NCBI RefSeq assembly: GCF_003044035.1
Contig: NZ_NVQC01000028.1
Location: forward strand, 60,001 to 92,000
Direction: 5' to 3'
Source: Candidatus Methylomirabilis limnetica
GTDB lineage: Bacteria; Methylomirabilota; Methylomirabilia; Methylomirabilales; Methylomirabilaceae
DNA: 32,000 bases
Shown: positions 1 to 9,095 of the stretch, piece by piece
Layout: every line of letters starts with the position of its first letter
Position numbering within the stretch: the first letter of the stretch is position 1
Notes under the pieces: model-generated
Databases searched by the model: none
What the model saw: only the letters and a program-made list of their open reading frames with translations
Told to the model about the DNA's origin: nothing
Program-made: the position numbers and the translations under genes

Positions 1-510
1 GCGATCGTTGCCAAGGTGATCGGAAAGGACGCCACGAACTGGTTCAGAACGATCCTGATCGACAGGGGTGCGGACCAGGGGATCGCGCGCCACATGGCGG
101 TCGTGACCGCCGAAGGGTTGGTAGGGAGAGTGGTGGACGTGATGGCGCGCACGGCTCGGGTACAGCTCATTACCGACCCGGAGAGCGCCGTGGGCGTTCT
201 CATCCAGCGAAGCCGCGTCGTCGGGGTAGCAGCGGGGAGCCTGGGGGGGACCACCCAGATCAAGTATCTTCCGTTAATGGCTGACGTGGCCGTCGGCGAT
301 CGGGTCATCACCTCGGGGATGGGCGGTATCTTTCCGAAAGGCATCCCGGTGGGTAGGGTCGTACGATCAGGTCGGCCGACGAGCGGGGCCTTGTTCCAAT
401 CTACTGAGGCGCAGCCTCATGCTAACTTCTCGCGTCTGGAGGAAGTGCTGGTCCTGAAATGGCCACCCTCGCGAGACTTGTCATGGGCAGACAGGGAGCC
501 TCTGCCGTGA
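1..510 (+). CDS. mreC: Rod shape-determining protein MreC, C-terminal part (5' end outside window)
   Basis: Frame is open from base 1 (listed ORF 16..510). The translation has MreC-like segments AEGLVGRVV, VQLITD and VITSGMGGIFPKGIPVGRV. It is followed by mreD-mrdA-rodA in the canonical order. Confidence 0.85.
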   Translation, partial: AIVAKVIGKDATNWFRTILIDRGADQGIARHMAVVTAEGLVGRVVDVMARTARVQLITDPESAVGVLIQRSRVVGVAAGSLGGTTQIKYLPLMADVAVGDRVITSGMGGIFPKGIPVGRVVRSGRPTSGALFQSTEAQPHANFSRLEEVLVLKWPPSRDLSWADREPLP

Positions 511-989
511 TCGCATTCCTGCTCGCGCTCTTCAGCACTTGCCTCCTTCAGACCGCCATCGTCCCTAGCCTGGCCATAGGCGGTATTCAGCCGGACCTGT
601 TTCTGATCCTTCTCTTCGGGCTGAGTCTGTCGGCAGGACCAGAGCTGACAGCAACCGCCGGTTTCTTCATCGGGCTATACCAGGACTCCCTCTCCGGCGC
701 CCCCCTTGGCCTAAACGCGTTCGCGTTGAGCCTGATCGGCTTCCTGGTGAATCGGTTGAGTCGACAGGTAAAGACGACGGATCTCCTGGGGCGATTTGCT
801 ATGCTCTGCCTGGCTGGCCTGTTGTCCGGGCTTATCACCCTCCTGCTCCTCCGCTTCTTCCATGCTCCCCGCCCCATCGCTTCAGCTCTCCTGTGGACCG
901 CGCTGCCAGGAGCGCTCTACACCGCGATGGTAGGGACCGGGCTGCTCGCCATGCTAAAGCCACATACCACCATGGGTCTCACCCGATGA
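507..989 (+). CDS. mreD: Rod shape-determining protein MreD
   Basis: Polytopic hydrophobic ~160-aa product (IAFLLALFSTCLLQ...QPDLFLILLF...) at the expected operon position. I prefer GTG 507: it has an AGGGAG Shine-Dalgarno at 493-498 with an 8-nt spacer and a GTGA overlap with the mreC stop. Alternative in-frame starts are ATG 459 and ATG 483. Confidence 0.75.
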   Translation: MIAFLLALFSTCLLQTAIVPSLAIGGIQPDLFLILLFGLSLSAGPELTATAGFFIGLYQDSLSGAPLGLNAFALSLIGFLVNRLSRQVKTTDLLGRFAMLCLAGLLSGLITLLLLRFFHAPRPIASALLWTALPGALYTAMVGTGLLAMLKPHTTMGLTR

Positions 990-2827
990 GCTGGGAACAT
1001 GAGACCCCGAACCCCTATGCCCCCTTCCAGAAGCGGATCATGGTTGGAGCCTTTCTGATCTCCGGAGCCATTCTGTTACTACTGCTCCGTCTCTGGGCTC
1101 TACAAATTCTGGAAGGCGAACGCATGCTCCTCCTCTCTCGCAATAACCGCCTGCGCTTGCGTCCGGCCGAGGCACCCCGAGGGCTCATTCTCGACCGAAA
1201 CGGAGAGCTCATGGTGGAGAATCTGGCGTCCTTCGACCTGTATGCCTTGCCGGAGGACATGCCTGATATCGAGGAGACTACGCGCCACCTCGCCGCGATC
1301 CTTCAGTCCTCACCAGACGAGCTGAGACAGCGCGTCTCGCAACGGCAGGGCTCGCAGCTAGAGCCTGTGCTGCTGCGCAAAGGAGTAGATGAGCGAACTG
1401 TGATGGCCATCGAGGAGCAAAAGATCGATCTTCCGGGGGTCAGCCTTCGAGTCAGACCGGTGCGCACCTATCCGAAGGGCAGCTCGGCCGCCACCCTGCT
1501 GGGCTACGTTACCGAGGTGAGCCAGGCGCAGCTCAAGTCGAAGGATTTTCAGGACTTCCGCTCGGGTGAGACAATGGGGCAGGCCGGTATCGAGCGGCGA
1601 TACGACGCGTTCATTCGAGGCGTCGACGGTGGGGAGCAGGTGGAGGTGGACGCGATCGGAAGAGTCAGTCGGTTGATCCAGGCGGTTGAACCGCAGTCCG
1701 GGTTTAACCTGCACCTCACTCTCGATAGCCGGCTACAGCGGGTCGCAGAGGAGGCCTTCCAGGGCAGAAGCGGCGCGCTCATCGCCATCCACCCGTCCAC
1801 TGGTGAAATCCTGGCCATGGTGAGCCAACCAACGTATGACCCAAACCAGTTCTCCCAGCGGATGACCCCGGAGCAGTGGCGTGGGCTTATCTCGAGTCCT
1901 CATCATCCCATGCAGAATAAAGGGCTCCAGGGCCAGTACCCACCCGGCTCCATCTTCAAGCTGGTGACCGCGCTTGCCGCCCTCGAGAAGGGCGTCATCA
2001 CTCCCGAGACGAAGTTTTCCTGTGACGGCTCCTTCAGCCTCGGCTCCCACGTCTTCCATGACTGGAAGAAGGGCGGTCACGGGACGCTGAATCTTCAGCA
2101 GGGGATCGCCAACTCTTGCAACATCTACTTCTACATCACCTCCCTCAAAACCGGGATAGAGGAGATCGCCCGCGTTGCCCGGGAGCTGGGGCTTGGCGCC
2201 ACCTCCGGGCTTGGGCTGAGCGATGAAGCGAGAGGGGTTATCCCATCCCCTGGGAGTACCTCAAAAAAGTCTGGTGGATGGTATCCCGGCAACACCTTGA
2301 TGGCCGGGATCGGTCAAGGGATGGTCACCGTCACACCGATACAGGCAGTGATGATGGTCTCCGCCATCGCGAACGGGGGAACCCTCTACCGTCCATGGGT
2401 CGTGCGAAGGGTAGAGACGCTGAACGGGGAACCGATTGAAGAGTACGGCCCGGAATTCGTCCGAAAGGTGAACATCGACCCCGATAACCTCGCCATCGTC
2501 CGGGAGGGGATGCAGGCGGTCGTAAGCGAGGGAACAGGGATCCGCGCCAAAATCCCCGGGCTCAGGGTGGCCGGAAAGACAGGGACGGCCCAGGTAGTAG
2601 GGAATGGTGGCTCGCAGAGAGGTGATCAACGGGACCATGCCTGGTTCGTCGCCTTCGCGCCCGCAGACGATCCCCAGATCGCTATTGCCGTAGTGGTGGA
2701 GCATGGCGGGTTTGGCGGCCAAGTAGCTGCACCGATTGCGAAGAGCCTCCTGGAGGCGTGGTTTAAGCTCCCCAAGGAGCCACAGACAGTTCAGGCTGCT
2801 GAGCCGGAATCGGCTGAAGGGGACTGA
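986..2827 (+). CDS. mrdA: Penicillin-binding protein 2 (elongasome transpeptidase)
   Basis: N-terminal TM segment, then the SxxK (GSIFK), SxN (NSCN) and KTG (GKTGTA) transpeptidase motifs. ATG 986 overlaps the mreD stop as ATGA. The ORF-track start at 893 lies inside mreD and is unlikely. Confidence 0.9.
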   Translation: MSWEHETPNPYAPFQKRIMVGAFLISGAILLLLLRLWALQILEGERMLLLSRNNRLRLRPAEAPRGLILDRNGELMVENLASFDLYALPEDMPDIEETTRHLAAILQSSPDELRQRVSQRQGSQLEPVLLRKGVDERTVMAIEEQKIDLPGVSLRVRPVRTYPKGSSAATLLGYVTEVSQAQLKSKDFQDFRSGETMGQAGIERRYDAFIRGVDGGEQVEVDAIGRVSRLIQAVEPQSGFNLHLTLDSRLQRVAEEAFQGRSGALIAIHPSTGEILAMVSQPTYDPNQFSQRMTPEQWRGLISSPHHPMQNKGLQGQYPPGSIFKLVTALAALEKGVITPETKFSCDGSFSLGSHVFHDWKKGGHGTLNLQQGIANSCNIYFYITSLKTGIEEIARVARELGLGATSGLGLSDEARGVIPSPGSTSKKSGGWYPGNTLMAGIGQGMVTVTPIQAVMMVSAIANGGTLYRPWVVRRVETLNGEPIEEYGPEFVRKVNIDPDNLAIVREGMQAVVSEGTGIRAKIPGLRVAGKTGTAQVVGNGGSQRGDQRDHAWFVAFAPADDPQIAIAVVVEHGGFGGQVAAPIAKSLLEAWFKLPKEPQTVQAAEPESAEGD

Positions 2828-2843
2828 TGAGAGATCCTGTCTC

Positions 2844-3947
2844 GTGTTGATCGACCGCCGCGTCCTGCCCGCCGCCTTCGACTGGCGATTGGCTGCCTCT
2901 GCTGCCGGGCTTGCCGCCCTGAGCGTACTGATTATCTACAGTACGAGCGGTCTACACTCCTCCCTCTTCCGGAGATCGCTTTACCTTAAGCAGGCGGCCT
3001 GGGCGGTGATGGGGCTCTTCGCCATGATCCTGCTCTGCGGGCTCCACTACCGGACGATCTGGCGTCTTGCCTATCCTATCTATGGCGTGATCCTTGCGAG
3101 CCTACTGCTCACCAGCCTGACCGGCCGAGCCGGCATGGGCGCCCAGCGATGGCTCGGCATCGGATCGTTCGCATTCCAACCGTCAGAGTTCATGAAGCTG
3201 TCACTCATCCTCCTGCTGGCCCGCTACTTTGAAGATCACAAGGACGATCTGCGCGCGCCTCGGACCTTTATCCCACCGATCCTCCTGACCCTCTTGCCTG
3301 CAGCTTTCGTCATGCGGCAACCCGACCTTGGCACCGCCATCATGCTGCTCTTGATCTCCGCCAGCATCCTGGTGCTGATGGGGCTGAAGGTGCGCTACTT
3401 CGTCATGCTCGGCACGTTGGGAGCGGTCATCGCCCCTGTACTCTGGCGCTTCCTGCATGACTACCAAAAGAGCCGGATCCTCGTGTTTATTGATCCTGAC
3501 ATGGATCCCATGGGTGCGGGCTATCACCTCGCCCAATCGAAGATCGCCGTCGGCTCTGGAGGACTCCTCGGAAAGGGATGGATGGTGGCCACGCAGAGCC
3601 AGCTTAACTTTCTGCCGGCGAATCACACCGACTTCATCTTCGCCGGCCTTGCGGAGCAATGGGGCTTCATCGGCTCCATCGGCCTGCTCCTGCTCTACGC
3701 CTATCTCTTTTCAAAGGGCCTGCGCCTCGCCAAAGATGCCCGCGACCTGTTCACCATGGTCACTAGCTTCGGCGTCGTCAGCATGATGGCTATACAGGTC
3801 GTCATCAACATCGGGATGGTGGTCGGGATCATGCCGGTGGTCGGCATCCCTCTCCCGCTACTCTCCTACGGCGGCTCTGCCATGCTAGCGAATATGCTGG
3901 CCGTCGGTCTCCTGCTCAACATCCGGATGCATCGCTATCTGTATTGA
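2844..3947 (+). CDS. rodA: SEDS-family peptidoglycan polymerase RodA
   Basis: Multi-TM FtsW/RodA/SpoVE-like protein with QPSEFMKL, RQPDLGTA and GIPLPLLSYGGSA. The start is set at GTG 2844 (VLIDRRVL...), just after the mrdA stop. The ORF-track start at 2736 overlaps mrdA. Confidence 0.85.
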   Translation: MLIDRRVLPAAFDWRLAASAAGLAALSVLIIYSTSGLHSSLFRRSLYLKQAAWAVMGLFAMILLCGLHYRTIWRLAYPIYGVILASLLLTSLTGRAGMGAQRWLGIGSFAFQPSEFMKLSLILLLARYFEDHKDDLRAPRTFIPPILLTLLPAAFVMRQPDLGTAIMLLLISASILVLMGLKVRYFVMLGTLGAVIAPVLWRFLHDYQKSRILVFIDPDMDPMGAGYHLAQSKIAVGSGGLLGKGWMVATQSQLNFLPANHTDFIFAGLAEQWGFIGSIGLLLLYAYLFSKGLRLAKDARDLFTMVTSFGVVSMMAIQVVINIGMVVGIMPVVGIPLPLLSYGGSAMLANMLAVGLLLNIRMHRYLY

Positions 3948-3962
3948 GGCTGCACTGAAGCC

Positions 3963-3991
3963 TTGACAGGTCCCGTTGTCGCTGCTATGAA
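3963..3991 (+). promoter_or_regulatory. Candidate sigma70-type promoter for ileS (TTGACA-17 nt-TATGAA, with TGc extended -10)
   Basis: TTGACA at 3963-3968, 17-nt spacer, TATGAA at 3986-3991 preceded by TG at 3983-3984. Lies in the rodA-ileS spacer. Confidence 0.35.
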
Positions 3992-3995
3992 ATAC

Positions 3996-4070
3996 AGGGT
4001 TTAGGGTCTAGGGTAAAGGGTTTAGTTCAGCCTCTGCGTCCTGTACCCTAGACCCTAAACCCTATACCCT
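3996..4070. repeat. Inverted heptamer-repeat hairpin, AGGGTNN x4 / NNACCCT x4, with a 20-bp perfect stem
   Basis: Left arm 3996-4023: AGGGTTT AGGGTCT AGGGTAA AGGGTTT. Right arm 4043-4070: GTACCCT AGACCCT AAACCCT ATACCCT. Bases 3996-4015 are the exact reverse complement of 4044-4063. Confidence 0.85.
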
Positions 4071-4081
4071 GGAGTTTGGGG

Positions 4082-6907
4082 ATGAATTATAAAGAAACGC
4101 TGAACCTGCCCAAGACCGCCTTTCCGATGAAGGCGGATCTCCCTGTGCTCGAGCCGTCCATCCTAAAGCGGTGGGAAGTCTTGGATCTCTATGGTCGGCT
4201 CCGAGAGGTCCGAGCTGATCGGCAGGCTTGGATCCTCCACGATGGCCCCCCCTACGCAAATGGCCACATTCATATCGGCCATGCACTCAATAAGATATTG
4301 AAGGACATCGTCGTCAAGTCGAAGTCGATGTTCGGCTACGACACTGCCTTCGTCCCAGGATGGGATTGCCACGGGCTCCCGATCGAACACCAGGTCGATA
4401 AAGACCTGGGTAGTAGGAAAGCGGAGGTGTCGCTGGTCGAGAAGCGGCAGCTCTGTCGGGAGTACGCCGCCAGGTTCATCGATATTCAGCGGGAAGAGTT
4501 CAGGCGTCTCGGAGTGCTCGGCAACTGGTCAGACCCCTATCTCACCATGGATTACAAGTATGAGGCGACGATTGTCCGCGAGTTGGGGAGGTTGTTCGGC
4601 GCGGGGGTCGTCTACAAGGGGAAAAAGCCGGTTCACTGGTGCGCCTCTTGCCGGACCGCCTTGGCTGAGGCCGAGGTCGAATACGGCGATCATGCCTCTC
4701 CGTCCATCTACGTCAAGTTTCCCCTCGACCCGGGCGCCGCGGAGCGTCTGCCGGTACTGCAGGGCGCACGATCGTTCGTCGTGATCTGGACCACGACACC
4801 ATGGACGCTGCCGGCGAATCTGGCTATCGCCGTGCATCCGGATGCATCCTACGCGATCGTCGAAACGTCCGGTGAGTTCTTCATCATCGCCAAAGATCGG
4901 CTACAAGAGACGCTTGCAGCCGCAGGAGTAACAGAGAGCCGGGTCGTCGAGGAGATGCCTGGCCGTGCGCTGGAAGGGCTTATGGCCAGACACCCCTGGA
5001 TTGACCGGGGCTCGAAGGTCGTGCTGGCCGATTACGTCACCATGGATCAGGGCACCGGGTGCGTACACACGGCTCCGGGGCACGGGGTAGAGGATTACGA
5101 GACCGGCATGAAGAACGGCCTCGACATCTATAACCCCGTAGACGCTGCCGGGAGATTCGTCGCGGACCTGCCGCTTGTCGGAGGCCTGAGCGTATGGGCG
5201 GCCAACAGCACGATCGTTGCAGAGCTTCAGCGCCGAGGTCTCCTGCTATCGGAGGCGAAACTCTCGCACTCCTATCCTCATTGCTGGCGGTGCAAGAAAC
5301 CAACGATCTTCCGGGCGACGGAGCAGTGGTTCGTCTCCATGGACGCCGCGGTCCTGCCTGACGAGGGGGGCGGGCAGACCGGCCTCCGCGCCAAGGCCCT
5401 GGCGGAGATCAAGCAGGTCCAATGGATCCCCTCCTGGGGCGAGGAGAGAATCAGCAATATGGTCGCTTACCGCTCCGACTGGTGCATCTCGCGACAACGA
5501 GTCTGGGGGGTCCCGATCGTCGCCTTCTACTGCACCCATTGCGGCCACATCCTGGCGGACCAGCGACTCGCAGAGCACGTCGCGACCATGATCGAACGCG
5601 GGGGAGCTGACATCTGGTACACGGCTGCGGCAGCGGACCTGCTTCCGCCCGGGACCGCCTGTCCCAACTGTGAGAGGGCCGACTTCGAAAAGGAACGCGA
5701 CATCCTGGATGTCTGGTTCGATTCCGGTGTGAGCCACGCGGCCGTCCTTGAGGTCCGGCCCGACCAACGATGGCCCGCCGACATGTACCTCGAAGGGAGC
5801 GATCAGCATCGGGGGTGGTTCCATAGCTCGCTGCTCACCGCGGTCGGAACCCGGGGACGCGCACCATATCGTGCGGTTTTGACCCACGGCTTCGTGGTGG
5901 ATGGTGCGGGGAAGAAGATGTCCAAGTCCCTCGGCAACGTCGTGGCCCCACAAGAGGTGATTGAACGGTATGGCGCCGAGATTCTTCGCCTCTGGGTGGC
6001 GGCCGAGGACTACCGCGACGATATCCGGATCTCTGAGGAGATCTTAAAGCGGCTGGCTGAAGGATACCGACGAATCCGGAATACCTGTCGCTATCTGCTC
6101 GGCAACCTGTCCGACTTCCAGCCTGCTCACGATGCGCTGCCGCTCAACGAACTCGATGAGATCGATCGGTTCATCCTGCACCGGCTAGGGCGGCTCACCG
6201 AACGAATACGCCGGGCCTACGAGACCTGCGAGTTTCACCTCCTCTACCATAGCCTGCATAACTTCTGCGCAGTGGACCTGTCGGCTTTTTACCTGGATGT
6301 CCTGAAGGATCGGGTCTATACCTCCGCCCCCCGCTCCCGCGCCCGGCGCGCGGCCCAAACCTCGATGTATCAGATCCTTGACGCGCTCGTCAGACTCATG
6401 GCCCCGGTCCTCTCCTTCACCGCCGATGAGGTCTGGCAGGCGATGCCTAAGCAGGGCGGCGAGATGGAGAGCGTGCACCTTGCCGAATTCCCGCCCATCC
6501 GATCCAGTCTTCTGGACGAAGCCCTTGAAGCCCACTGGGAAGACTTGCTGTCAGTTCGGGATGATGTGCTGAAAGCCCTCGAAGCCGCTCGCAAAGCCAA
6601 GCTCATCGGGACATCACTGGAGGCACGCGTTGACCTCCTGGTAGAGCCCACCTTACTGCCAGTCCTCACTCAGTACGAAGCCGATCTGCCGACGCTGTTC
6701 ATCGTCTCGGCCGTGAGCGTAGGGAGCCTGGCAGAAACAGAGGCGGCCGGAAAAAGGGTTGAGGTGCGAGTAGGGCGAGCAGAGGGACAGAAGTGCGCCC
6801 GCTGCTGGACCTACAGCGAAAGCGTGGGCCGATCCATCCCTTATCCGGATGTCTGCGGCCGCTGCGCCGGCGTCCTGGAAGAAATAGGGTATGGGGACAG
6901 GGTATAG
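4082..6907 (+). CDS. ileS: Isoleucyl-tRNA synthetase
   Basis: Class I HIGH motif (NGHIHIGHALNK), KMSKS motif (GKKMSKSLGN), and a C-terminal zinc-finger Cys pair (CARCW...CGRC). ATG 4082 sits 7 nt after GGAG at 4071-4074. The ORF-track start is TTG 4076. Confidence 0.95.
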   Translation: MNYKETLNLPKTAFPMKADLPVLEPSILKRWEVLDLYGRLREVRADRQAWILHDGPPYANGHIHIGHALNKILKDIVVKSKSMFGYDTAFVPGWDCHGLPIEHQVDKDLGSRKAEVSLVEKRQLCREYAARFIDIQREEFRRLGVLGNWSDPYLTMDYKYEATIVRELGRLFGAGVVYKGKKPVHWCASCRTALAEAEVEYGDHASPSIYVKFPLDPGAAERLPVLQGARSFVVIWTTTPWTLPANLAIAVHPDASYAIVETSGEFFIIAKDRLQETLAAAGVTESRVVEEMPGRALEGLMARHPWIDRGSKVVLADYVTMDQGTGCVHTAPGHGVEDYETGMKNGLDIYNPVDAAGRFVADLPLVGGLSVWAANSTIVAELQRRGLLLSEAKLSHSYPHCWRCKKPTIFRATEQWFVSMDAAVLPDEGGGQTGLRAKALAEIKQVQWIPSWGEERISNMVAYRSDWCISRQRVWGVPIVAFYCTHCGHILADQRLAEHVATMIERGGADIWYTAAAADLLPPGTACPNCERADFEKERDILDVWFDSGVSHAAVLEVRPDQRWPADMYLEGSDQHRGWFHSSLLTAVGTRGRAPYRAVLTHGFVVDGAGKKMSKSLGNVVAPQEVIERYGAEILRLWVAAEDYRDDIRISEEILKRLAEGYRRIRNTCRYLLGNLSDFQPAHDALPLNELDEIDRFILHRLGRLTERIRRAYETCEFHLLYHSLHNFCAVDLSAFYLDVLKDRVYTSAPRSRARRAAQTSMYQILDALVRLMAPVLSFTADEVWQAMPKQGGEMESVHLAEFPPIRSSLLDEALEAHWEDLLSVRDDVLKALEAARKAKLIGTSLEARVDLLVEPTLLPVLTQYEADLPTLFIVSAVSVGSLAETEAAGKRVEVRVGRAEGQKCARCWTYSESVGRSIPYPDVCGRCAGVLEEIGYGDRV

Positions 6908-6910
6908 GGT
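6884..6910 (+). repeat. Heptamer repeat (ATAGGGT family) covering the last codons and stop of ileS
   Basis: ATAGGGT ATGGGGA CAGGGT ATAGGGT. Same core as the 3996-4070 element. The ileS TAG stop (6905-6907) lies inside the last unit. Confidence 0.6.
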
Positions 6911-6928
6911 AAATGACCAAGGATTTAT

Positions 6929-6955
6929 GCACCTCGCACCCCCCACTCCGCATCC
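6929..6955 (+). repeat. GCACC-type heptamer repeat, copy 1
   Basis: GCACCTCGCACCCCCCACTCCGCATCC. It matches 8498-8524 at 23 of 27 positions in the same orientation. Confidence 0.6.
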
Positions 6956-6968
6956 TAAATCCTCCCAC

Positions 6969-6989
6969 CCCCCCTTTGCAAAAGGGGGG
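6969..6989. repeat. Palindromic element CCCCCCTTT-GCA-AAAGGGGGG
   Basis: 9-bp stem with a 3-nt loop in the ileS-lspA spacer. Same motif class as the three palindromes at 31276-31427. Confidence 0.7.
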
Positions 6990-7020
6990 CACGGGGGGAT
7001 TTCGCACCACGCGCTAATCC

Positions 7021-7509
7021 ATGCGGTTCTATGCTGTCGCTCTGACGGTCATCCTGCTCGATCAGGCTTCAAAGCTGTTGATCCAGGCCACGATGCCACT
7101 CGGCCACAGCATCCCCATCATCTCCGATCTCTTCGCGATCGTCCATGTCATGAACCCAGGCGCGGCATTCGGCCTCCTGGCCGATCAAGCTGCATGGGTT
7201 CGCAAACCTCTCTTCATTGGCGTCTCTCTCCTGGCCATCGGGTTCATCCTGTACCATCGCCATTGCAGGGTTGACGATCATCCGCTTACTATGCTCGGGT
7301 TGAGCCTGATCCTTGGGGGCGCTGTTGGCAACTTGGTGGATCGATTGAGAATCGGCATGGTCATCGACTTCATCGATGTTCATTACTATCAGTACCACTG
7401 GCCTGCATTCAATGTCGCGGACTCCGCCATCACCGTCGGCGTGTCGCTCATGATGCTCACGTTGATCCTTGGAGAACGTCGGGAGCGAGATCGGGGGCGG
7501 GCCTCATGA
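7021..7509 (+). CDS. lspA: Lipoprotein signal peptidase (signal peptidase II)
   Basis: LLDQASK, NPGAAFG, GGAVGNLVDR and FNVADSAITVG motifs with four hydrophobic segments. Classical ileS-lspA linkage. Confidence 0.9.
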   Translation: MRFYAVALTVILLDQASKLLIQATMPLGHSIPIISDLFAIVHVMNPGAAFGLLADQAAWVRKPLFIGVSLLAIGFILYHRHCRVDDHPLTMLGLSLILGGAVGNLVDRLRIGMVIDFIDVHYYQYHWPAFNVADSAITVGVSLMMLTLILGERRERDRGRAS

Positions 7510-8582
7510 GCGGCGATGAGATTCGCGAACTCATAGCTGACGGCTCGGCCACCGACCTGCGCCTGGACCGCTACCTCTCTACCGCGACAGGGCTCCCACG
7601 ATCACAGATCCAGCGCCTCATCAAAGCCGACCGGGTGCTGGTCGATGGTCGCCACCCAAAGGCGAGCGCCACGGCTCACCCGGGCCAGCACATCAGCCTC
7701 TCTATCCCTCCGCCACAGCCGTCCACCCTCACACCCGAACCGATTCCCCTCGACATCCTGTACGAAGATACTGACATTCTGGTCCTGAATAAGTCGGCTG
7801 GGCTTGTCGTGCACCCCGCCCCCGGGCATCAGACCGGGACGCTGGTCCACGCCATCCTGCATCACTGTCCGGATTTACCCGGGATCGGCGAGGAACGACG
7901 GCCAGGGATCGTTCACCGGCTCGACAAAGAGACCTCTGGGGTGATGGTCGTGGCTAAAACCGATACGGCCATGGCCTCGCTCGCCACACAATTTAAAGGA
8001 CGTCGAGTGAAGAAGACCTACATCGCGCTGGTGCATGGCGAGGTCAAGCAGCCGGAGGGGAAAATCGAGGCCGACATCGGCCGTCACGAACGGGATCGAA
8101 AGCGGATGGCGGTGTGCACACGCAAAGGTCGGGAGGCGGTGACCATCTACCGGGTGATGAAGCGCCTCAATGGCTCCACACTGCTACAGCTCCAGCCACA
8201 CACCGGCAGAACCCACCAGATCCGGGTCCACCTGTCCGCGATCGGACACCCGGTGGTGGGCGATAAGCTATATGGGGGACGAAGGGAAAGGAAATGGCGA
8301 ATGGAGAGTGGAGAGTGGAGAGTGGAGGCGGAGCGACACCTCCTGCATGCCTGGAAACTCGGTCTGTTCCACCCGAGGACTGATGAGTGGATGGAGTTTG
8401 AAGCCCCGCTGCCGCTGGACTTCACAAGCTGGCTTCACGCAGAACCATCGACGGGAACCACCCCGCTCGGATCCCCTCCCGCCAGCGGTTCTTCCGGGCA
8501 CCTCGCACCCCGCACTTCGCACCGTTCACGGTTTCTCCACCGTCACGATTCTGGTGGAGCCACACCGCAGGATCTTTCCTAG
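7506..8582 (+). CDS. rluD: 23S rRNA pseudouridine synthase, RluD subfamily
   Basis: S4-like N-terminus (LRLDRYL), catalytic HRLDKETSGVMVVAKT, and TGRTHQIRVH. The ATG overlaps the lspA stop as ATGA. The last ~45 codons read through a repeat and a hairpin, so the functional C-terminus is uncertain. Confidence 0.85.
   Translation: MSGDEIRELIADGSATDLRLDRYLSTATGLPRSQIQRLIKADRVLVDGRHPKASATAHPGQHISLSIPPPQPSTLTPEPIPLDILYEDTDILVLNKSAGLVVHPAPGHQTGTLVHAILHHCPDLPGIGEERRPGIVHRLDKETSGVMVVAKTDTAMASLATQFKGRRVKKTYIALVHGEVKQPEGKIEADIGRHERDRKRMAVCTRKGREAVTIYRVMKRLNGSTLLQLQPHTGRTHQIRVHLSAIGHPVVGDKLYGGRRERKWRMESGEWRVEAERHLLHAWKLGLFHPRTDEWMEFEAPLPLDFTSWLHAEPSTGTTPLGSPPASGSSGHLAPRTSHRSRFLHRHDSGGATPQDLS
8293..8334 (+). 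repeat. Six in-frame heptamers (AATGGCG AATGGAG AGTGGAG x3 GCGGAGC) inside rluD
   Basis: 42 nt with exact 7-nt periodicity, translated as WRMESGEWRVEAER in the variable loop between the YGG and LHAW motifs. Confidence 0.75.
8498..8524 (+). repeat. GCACC-type heptamer repeat, copy 2 (inside the rluD 3' extension)
   Basis: GCACCTCGCACCCCGCACTTCGCACCG, 23 of 27 identical to 6929-6955. Confidence 0.6.
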
Positions 8583-9095
8583 TGACAGGTCGAGTGCCAT
8601 CACGCGAAGGTCCGCACTCCAATAGCACTCGGGGTCCTTGCAAGGACAAGGCCTGACAACTAAGCCATTGATCGTCGGTTCTATAGGGGCGGAATGTTCA
8701 GTAAAAGCCCCAACCGCTGCCGCGTAGTCGGCGCGATTGGCGGCGCACCATAACTGCTAGTCCCCGTTCGAATCGATACAGGCTCAGCTAAAGAGACACC
8801 GCGATTCGAGCCAACGGCCAGTGACGTTCTCGGCCTTCCGACTGACTACAACATCCTTAGTCCATCGAGAGGCGAGACAATTTGCTCGCGGTTTGAAGGT
8901 TCACTACGAGCGGCGGGTTGTCACTTACTCACCTGCCAACCGCTGCAACATGGCGACTTTCCCCTATCAGGCAGAGAAGAACTCCGGCGGTGTAGCAGTT
9001 TTATTGGAGAGGTACCCCAACCTTCAGCTTGCTGAGGCGTTTCTACGACGATTTTATGAGATTGCGTGATCCTGAAGCTGCATCTACTGGAACAA

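Noticed and set aside
5246-5953. Long antisense or overlapping ORFs inside well-supported genes. Examples: 5246..5953(-) in ileS, 14329..15123(-), 12644..13423(+), 18463..19158(-), 26750..27364(+), 28406..29299(+), 29468..30499(+).
   Set aside because: These are typical GC-rich shadow frames: Arg/Pro/Gly-rich, motif-free, and fully contained in genes with strong family signatures on the other frame or strand.
8760-8776. GTTCGAATC, a tRNA T-loop-like string that might mark a tRNA or an att-site remnant.
   Set aside because: The flanking bases cannot form a T-stem (TCCCC versus GATAC), and no acceptor or anticodon arms can be drawn.
8821-9069. 82-aa ORF whose tail (LLERYPNLQLAEAFLRRFYEI) faintly resembles an internal segment of ISL3-type transposases.
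   Set aside because: The resemblance is a short helical pattern recalled from memory. There are no catalytic motifs, no SD and no terminal repeats. Not enough to call even a pseudogene.
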